From a virus (Duplodnaviria > Caudoviricetes): DNA of 51,669 nt. The stretch is taken from the IMG/VR virus record IMGVR_UViG_3300011270_000003, positions 1 to 51,669 of that record. One strand, given 5' to 3'. The notes beneath the pieces were generated by a model. The model did no database searches and was not told the origin of the DNA. It saw only the letters and a list, made by a program, of their open reading frames with translations. A program made the position numbers and the translations under genes. Position 1 is the first letter of the stretch. Each line of letters begins with the position of its first letter. Positions 46,506 through 51,669 of this stretch are shown piece by piece.

Positions 46506-46733
46506 GCTTGAGGGCCGTTACCTGTGTAACCAATGCAGTGCAGACACAGGTCTGGGTAACCAGATTATAGAGCTGCATTTCAAATCAGGTCTACTTATAG
46601 GAGAGTGGTAGCCGTCTATCACTACCACTCTCCGGCTACTTATAAGCGGACACTATAGGGACCGAGGTCAGGCAATTACAGACCAAGGGTAACACTTTGC
46701 CTTATAGTGTCCACCTATAAGCAGGAGTCTAAT

Positions 46734-47453
46734 ATGTTAGAAATGTTCAAGCCGAAACAGACAACTATTCAAACATTGGACATGAGATCTCCTGCTGAGA
46801 TTAACTGGCATAAGTTAGGAGCTAAGCCATCATCTGCATGGTGGAAACTTGCAGAAAGAGAATGGCGAATTGAAGGCATGTATTGTACTCCTGACATCAG
46901 TACAATTGAAGATAACATGTATAATCTTCTATTCGTATGTGATGCTTTAATACAAGGAGAAAAGAAATTTAAACAGATAGAAGACAACTGCATCTTAGTA
47001 GCTAATTGTTTTACAGTTAACAACTTCGAATTCTGGTCTAAGGATTTAGGGACTGAAACGTTCCCCATTCCTTTAGAAACAGACAAGAAAGCTGTATTCG
47101 AAGAATGGGCTGATCTTAATACTAGTAGGTTAGCTCAACCTGCTAAGATCAAAGGACAATTATTAGCAGTCAGAGGAAATACTTTAATTTCTCTTGACAA
47201 AGACTATTCAAATACTATAATATATGAACGTAAGAAAGTACATATACACATACCTAATAGACAAATACATTATCTGGACAATGGTCACACAGATATTAAG
47301 ATGTGTGACATGGGTATGTGGGTATGGATGTATGTTGGAATACCTGCCTATTGGTCTGATATAATTGACATTGGATTTAGGTGTAAACCTGTCACGATTT
47401 ATAAGTCAAAAGCAATGATGAAGGAGCCATATTATTACTTCCCGACTAGTTGA
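46734..47453 (+). CDS. Gamma-glutamylcyclotransferase-like protein (degenerate)
   Basis: LLFVCDALIQG (compare LFVYGTLxxG), IKGQLLAV, LISLD, YERKKV, WMYV. Confidence 0.6.
   Translation: MLEMFKPKQTTIQTLDMRSPAEINWHKLGAKPSSAWWKLAEREWRIEGMYCTPDISTIEDNMYNLLFVCDALIQGEKKFKQIEDNCILVANCFTVNNFEFWSKDLGTETFPIPLETDKKAVFEEWADLNTSRLAQPAKIKGQLLAVRGNTLISLDKDYSNTIIYERKKVHIHIPNRQIHYLDNGHTDIKMCDMGMWVWMYVGIPAYWSDIIDIGFRCKPVTIYKSKAMMKEPYYYFPTS
47194..47221 (+). promoter_or_regulatory. Internal sigma70 promoter upstream of primase
   Basis: Perfect TTGACA-16 nt-TATAAT inside a CDS. Confidence 0.75.
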
Positions 47454-49005
47454 AGTTCACATTCCATGTGAAGTCTGTGGTAGTTCTGATGCTAAGTCTA
47501 CCTTTGATGATGGACATGGGTTTTGTTTTTCATGTAATCATTATTTTCCGCCATTAACCTCTCCTTCAACCAAGGAGTTTACCTATGAATATTGTCCATG
47601 GCGTGGCGTCAATGCGGAAACTTTCCGCTTCTATGACGTCAAAACTAAGATCGATTCCGACGGTAAGCCGGTCTCGATTGGCTATCGCTATCCGAACGGT
47701 AGCTACAAAGTTAGACAGCTTGGCAGCAAAGATTTCTCCAGCCTAGGAGAGATTAGCAAAGCAGGTCTATTCGGATCAGATAAGTTCAACGCTGGTCAAC
47801 ATAAATATGTGACCATCACCGAAGGAGAACAAGATGCGTGTTCCCTTTACCAAGTACTACATCAACCTGTGGTTTCTATCCAGTCTGCTGTTACTAGCGT
47901 ACGTGATTGCACAGCATGTAGATCCTGGCTTAGTAGCTTCGATCGAATCTACCTCTGTTTCGACAGCGATGCAGTGGGGCGAGAAGCTACAGCAGCAGTT
48001 TCTAAGCTTTTCGACTATGGCAAAGTCTTTGATGTAAAACTAACATCAAGGAAAGATGCCAATGAATACCTTCAGAATGGTGAAGGTGAAGTACTCAGGA
48101 ACACATGGTTTAATTCCCGCAAATACTTGCCCGAGACCATAGTCTCTTCCTTCGACGACTTCAAAACTATTCTGAAAGGTAAAGTACGACACGGTATCCC
48201 CTATCCGTTCCCTACCTTAACCGAAAAGACGTATGGAATACGAACAGGGGAAATCGTTCTAATCACTGCTCCTGAAGGAGTAGGTAAGACTGAATTAATG
48301 TACAACCTCGAACATCATTTGTTAAAGGTAACAGATGATAACATAGGATGTATTCTCCATGAAGAAAGCCCTAGAAGGCACCTCCAAGCTATTGCTGGAC
48401 TTGAGCTCCAAAGACCCGCGCACCTTCCCGACAGCGGTCTCGAAGAAGATGAAATCTTTTCTGCTGTCTCCAAGGTTATTCGCATGGATGAGCGGTTGTA
48501 CCTTCATTCTAGCTTTGGGGGCGACTCTGCAGAGACACTCTGCGACACTATTAGGTTTCTCGTTTCTGCCTGTGGCTGTCGTTTTATTCTTTTCGGTAAC
48601 ATTTGCATGGCCATTCCTCTCTTGGCGGGAGAGAATGAAAGACAAGCTCTCGACCAAATCTCTACCAGATTAGAGATGATGGTCAAGGAATTAGATTTTG
48701 GATTAATAGTAGTAAGCCATGTCAATGATTTTGGACAAACAAGAAGCAGTAGGGCCATTGGGAAAGTATCCGATATTAGGATCGATCTTTCTCGCGATGT
48801 TACACAAGGAAGCAGAGAAACTTACATCACAGTCTCTAAAAATAGGTACTGCGGTAAAACAGGATCAGCAGGCATACTTACGTTTGATCCTGGAACATAT
48901 ACTCTATCAGAATTAAAAGCTGATAACGATAATGAAGTTCAGACGTCATCACAACAACAAAGGTCTTCGCCAGATAAGACGTGGGAAGACATACGAGCAG
49001 CTTAA
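47434..49005 (+). CDS. T7 gp4-like primase-helicase (ATT start)
   Basis: Zinc ribbon HIPCEVCGSSDA..GFCFSC, TOPRIM TEGEQDA..CFDSD..KDANEYL, Walker A APEGVGKT, VVSH and KNRYCG; frame open from 47422. Confidence 0.93.
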   Translation: MTSRLVEVHIPCEVCGSSDAKSTFDDGHGFCFSCNHYFPPLTSPSTKEFTYEYCPWRGVNAETFRFYDVKTKIDSDGKPVSIGYRYPNGSYKVRQLGSKDFSSLGEISKAGLFGSDKFNAGQHKYVTITEGEQDACSLYQVLHQPVVSIQSAVTSVRDCTACRSWLSSFDRIYLCFDSDAVGREATAAVSKLFDYGKVFDVKLTSRKDANEYLQNGEGEVLRNTWFNSRKYLPETIVSSFDDFKTILKGKVRHGIPYPFPTLTEKTYGIRTGEIVLITAPEGVGKTELMYNLEHHLLKVTDDNIGCILHEESPRRHLQAIAGLELQRPAHLPDSGLEEDEIFSAVSKVIRMDERLYLHSSFGGDSAETLCDTIRFLVSACGCRFILFGNICMAIPLLAGENERQALDQISTRLEMMVKELDFGLIVVSHVNDFGQTRSSRAIGKVSDIRIDLSRDVTQGSRETYITVSKNRYCGKTGSAGILTFDPGTYTLSELKADNDNEVQTSSQQQRSSPDKTWEDIRAA

Positions 49006-49032
49006 ACATATTATTAGAAGGTTGAGGGGGAA

Positions 49033-49746
49033 ATGAATGAAATAGACACTTGGGAAGATTTAGATTTCTGGAGATCAAAGGAGTGGGAAGATGTTCAGAC
49101 CAGATTGGATAGACTTGATATGGAACGTACATTCTATTGCCCAGGACGTTCTAATCTGTTTGCAAGCTTGGATCTTACTCCGTTTGAGCAAGTCAAAGTA
49201 GCAATCATAGGTCAAGATCCTTATCCTAATCCTCAATATTCCACAGGACTAGCCTTTAGTACTCCTAAGGATTGTATAAATAGGAAGGAATATCCGTTCC
49301 CTCCTACATTAGTTAATATTTTCAAAGAGTTACATAACGATCTTCACTATGAATATTTTGATAAAGAAGGAAAGAAATCTATCTTTCCTAAGTCTGGTAA
49401 TCTAGAGCCATGGGTTGAACAGGGAGTCTTACTGTGGAACGCGATACCGACGTGTCTACAATTCTTATCACTCTCACATCTTCACTGGCAGGAATGGCGG
49501 TCTCTTACGATAGAGGTAATCACTCGCCTGAACAGAAAAGGCATCTGCTTCGTACTATGCGGAGGTATAGCAAGAGAATTGACAGAGTTTGTGAACGAGG
49601 ATTACTCAGACTTGATAGAAGTAAGTCATCCTAGTCCTAGAGGTTTCTGTTCTGGAGAACATCCATTCTCTGGAAGTAGAGTCTTTAGTAGAGTTAATGC
49701 ATTTTTAGCTAAAGATAAGTTAGATCCTATAGATTGGAAACTATAG
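49033..49746 (+). CDS. ung: Uracil-DNA glycosylase, family 1
   Basis: VKVAIIGQDPY, GLAFS, PPTLVNIFKEL, QGVLLWN, SHPSP, PFSGS..FS, IDW. Confidence 0.9.
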   Translation: MNEIDTWEDLDFWRSKEWEDVQTRLDRLDMERTFYCPGRSNLFASLDLTPFEQVKVAIIGQDPYPNPQYSTGLAFSTPKDCINRKEYPFPPTLVNIFKELHNDLHYEYFDKEGKKSIFPKSGNLEPWVEQGVLLWNAIPTCLQFLSLSHLHWQEWRSLTIEVITRLNRKGICFVLCGGIARELTEFVNEDYSDLIEVSHPSPRGFCSGEHPFSGSRVFSRVNAFLAKDKLDPIDWKL

Positions 49747-49748
49747 CT

Positions 49749-49834
49749 CGTAGGAAGGTCCGTAGTAAGTTTTATACATTTTGGCTACTACCCTAGCGGG
49801 GTATATAAAATAATTCACCAGTGAGCTTCCTACG
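49749..49834 (+). repeat. Dispersed 86-bp element with terminal inverted repeats (copy A, intergenic)
   Basis: CGTAGGAAG...GGCTACTACCCTA...ACCAGTGAGCTTCCTACG; homologous to 22013-22099 (-) and 42331-42415 (+). Confidence 0.85.
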
Positions 49835-49852
49835 CAGTCCTGGAGGCATTCT

Positions 49853-50149
49853 ATGAGATGTCCTACACTAATATGGTTAGGTGTTCCTAACCTTGGAGTT
49901 CTTAAATATGAAATAGATATAAATAAAGATGGAGATTGTGAAGCTCTAGATAAGAATATAGCTGATGGATGTTATTTATTAAGATTTGAAGTTTCAACTA
50001 AAGTAAATGTAAATACTTTATGGAAATTATTTCAATCTGGTATTAAGTATAGAATTCTAAGAATAGATCAAGAACTTGATGGTTTAATTTATTACTTAGT
50101 ACAAAGAAATACGGAGGAAGAAGAAACATATGTCTATGACCACTACTGA
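49853..50149 (+). CDS. Hypothetical protein
   Basis: GGAGG RBS. Confidence 0.7.
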   Translation: MRCPTLIWLGVPNLGVLKYEIDINKDGDCEALDKNIADGCYLLRFEVSTKVNVNTLWKLFQSGIKYRILRIDQELDGLIYYLVQRNTEEEETYVYDHY

Positions 50150-50477
50150 AGATGAAAGACTAGATAAGGAAGAGGAAGTACGTAAGAGACGTAAGTCTTT
50201 AAAAGTAGTCATAGGAGGTAAAGAACCACCTGATAATGGAGAACCTAAAGTAGAAGATTGGTTGACCCCTATGAAGAGATTTACTATATTCTTAGCCTCT
50301 TCACCTAAGTTAGGTCTTGACTTATTAGAGTATCATGTTATAGTTAAGACTAAGAAATCAATTAAAGTAGCTGTCAACGAAGGACAAATAATACGTTGGG
50401 TAGACCCTAAGAAGTTCTGCAGAGATTTTGTTCTCCATGAAATTATCCAAATACCAGTAGAGGAGAAAGATGAGTAA
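50130..50477 (+). CDS. Hypothetical protein
   Basis: GGAGG RBS. Confidence 0.75.
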   Translation: MSMTTTEDERLDKEEEVRKRRKSLKVVIGGKEPPDNGEPKVEDWLTPMKRFTIFLASSPKLGLDLLEYHVIVKTKKSIKVAVNEGQIIRWVDPKKFCRDFVLHEIIQIPVEEKDE

Positions 50478-50640
50478 CGTTATTGGACCTATTAATTCAA
50501 ATGATTGGTATACTATGCGACAATTACTTAGTGATGTTAAATGGATGAAGAACAGAGATTCTAATAAGTTTAAGTCTGCAATAGACAAGGAGAGTAATTA
50601 TTATAATAAATTAAAATCTCAATATGCAATTAATAATTGA
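50470..50640 (+). CDS. Small hypothetical protein (56 aa)
   Basis: GAGGAG RBS; overlaps the polymerase start. Confidence 0.65.
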   Translation: MSNVIGPINSNDWYTMRQLLSDVKWMKNRDSNKFKSAIDKESNYYNKLKSQYAINN

Positions 50641-51669
50641 TATTGAAGCAGATAAATTAGAAAATCCTACTAAGATATGGTGTGTCGTTCTAAAAGACAT
50701 AGCTACGGGGGAATATTATGTATTTAGAAATCTCCACGAAGATCAAACAGAAGTGGAGAAGTTTAAAGATTTGGTTAAAAAGTGTAAAAGATTGGTCGGT
50801 CACAACATTCTTGGTTATGATTACCCTGTCTTGTGTAATCTTATTCAGTTTTATGATTGCATTAATGTTACCGATATTATTGATACCTTTATTATTTCTA
50901 AGTTATGTAACTATTCGCGCAAGGGACATGGAATAGAAGATTACGGTCTTGAATTTAACTTACCTAAAGGAGAATTCAATGATTGGTCTAGACTTACTGA
51001 AGAAATGGTTACGTATTGTATTAGAGACGTCGATATCTGTGAGCGTATTTACCTTAGCTATCTTAGTGACATCGATAATCCTAAGTATAGGAATGCTATT
51101 ACTTGTGAACACAAGTTCCAAATCATTGCTAATTCTCTTCACGATAATGGGTTCTATTTTGATATTAAAAAGTGTAATAAACTACTTGAGAAAGTAACTT
51201 TAGAATTAAAGAATTTAGATGAAGATATACTTAAATCCTTTCCTCCTCATCTCACTTTAATTAGAGAGATTAATCCAGAGTTGACCAAACATGGGACTCT
51301 TCATAGAAAAGACTTCCGCTGGGTACAGAGTAACGATCTTTCGGAATACAATGGGGGATCTTTTTGTAGATGTATCTACCAAGAGTTCAATCCATCCTCA
51401 CATAGACAAATTGTGGATGTTCTTTCTAAGGCTGGCTGGAGACCAAGCGACAAAACCAAGACACACGTTGAAGCCAACAGACAAGGAATAGTTAGAGAAG
51501 ATCTTAGTAAATATGGGTGGAAGATCAATGAAGCGAATATCTCTTCACTTCCCAGTAGTGCTCCACAATCAGCTAGAACTCTGGCCAAGAGGATACTATT
51601 CGAAGCTAGACGTAGGACGCTCACCGAGTGGATTAAACTTTATGATCCCAATACCGGAAGAATTCACGG
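50624..51669 (+). CDS. polA: Family A DNA polymerase, N-terminal 3'-5' exonuclease half (wraps to 1093)
   Basis: Manual translation: IIDIEAD (Exo I), GHNILGYD (Exo II), YCIRDV (Exo III), FNPSSHRQI; missed by the ORF track because it runs off the window end. Confidence 0.93.
   Translation, partial: MQLIIDIEADKLENPTKIWCVVLKDIATGEYYVFRNLHEDQTEVEKFKDLVKKCKRLVGHNILGYDYPVLCNLIQFYDCINVTDIIDTFIISKLCNYSRKGHGIEDYGLEFNLPKGEFNDWSRLTEEMVTYCIRDVDICERIYLSYLSDIDNPKYRNAITCEHKFQIIANSLHDNGFYFDIKKCNKLLEKVTLELKNLDEDILKSFPPHLTLIREINPELTKHGTLHRKDFRWVQSNDLSEYNGGSFCRCIYQEFNPSSHRQIVDVLSKAGWRPSDKTKTHVEANRQGIVREDLSKYGWKINEANISSLPSSAPQSARTLAKRILFEARRRTLTEWIKLYDPNTGRIH

Noticed and set aside
5834-47421. Stop-codon reassignment explaining the missing starts
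   Set aside because: The blocking stops differ (TAG versus TGA TGA), all three stops end genuine genes, and long genes are intact in the standard code.
50718-51624. Hydrophobic ORFs 50718, 50949, 50960, 51291 and 51376
   Set aside because: They are alternative-frame shadows of the polymerase exonuclease domain.
51547-51669. 123-bp end repeat as a biological terminal repeat
   Set aside because: It lies inside the polymerase ORF and is best explained as assembler overlap of a circular contig.

Overview
A complete, circularly assembled AT-rich podovirus genome of 51,546 bp (bases 1-123 are repeated at 51547-51669, inside the DNA polymerase gene). It is T7-supergroup-like but has no RNA polymerase; the layout resembles SIO1/VpV262 (Zobellviridae-like) phages, which is an inference. 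The + strand arm (40.9 kb, wrapping to 7.6 kb) carries small early genes, tRNA-Leu(UAA), primase-helicase, uracil-DNA glycosylase, family A DNA polymerase, SSB, a Cas4-like nuclease and endonuclease I. The - strand arm (38.0 to 7.7 kb) carries terminase, portal, scaffold, capsid, tail, lysis and ejection proteins. A short leftward operon lies at 38.5-40.5 kb. No integrase was seen. Several hints point to an alphaproteobacterial (Rhizobiales-like) host. The most notable observations are: (1) a ~0.9-1.1 kb hairpin-dense region with no credible gene, closed by a long-range helix and containing a tRNA-elbow mimic and a pseudoknot (candidate giant structured ncRNA); (2) primase-helicase, endonuclease I and probably the Cas4-like nuclease appear to start at non-canonical ATT/ATA codons; (3) a dispersed 85-87 bp element with terminal inverted repeats in three copies, two inside coding sequence; (4) a putative ejected protein fusing histidine phosphatase, LPD23-like zincin and HTH domains; (5) a twice-repeated RNA stem with compensatory changes upstream of ribosome-binding sites. 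All calls were made by eye; no database searches were run.
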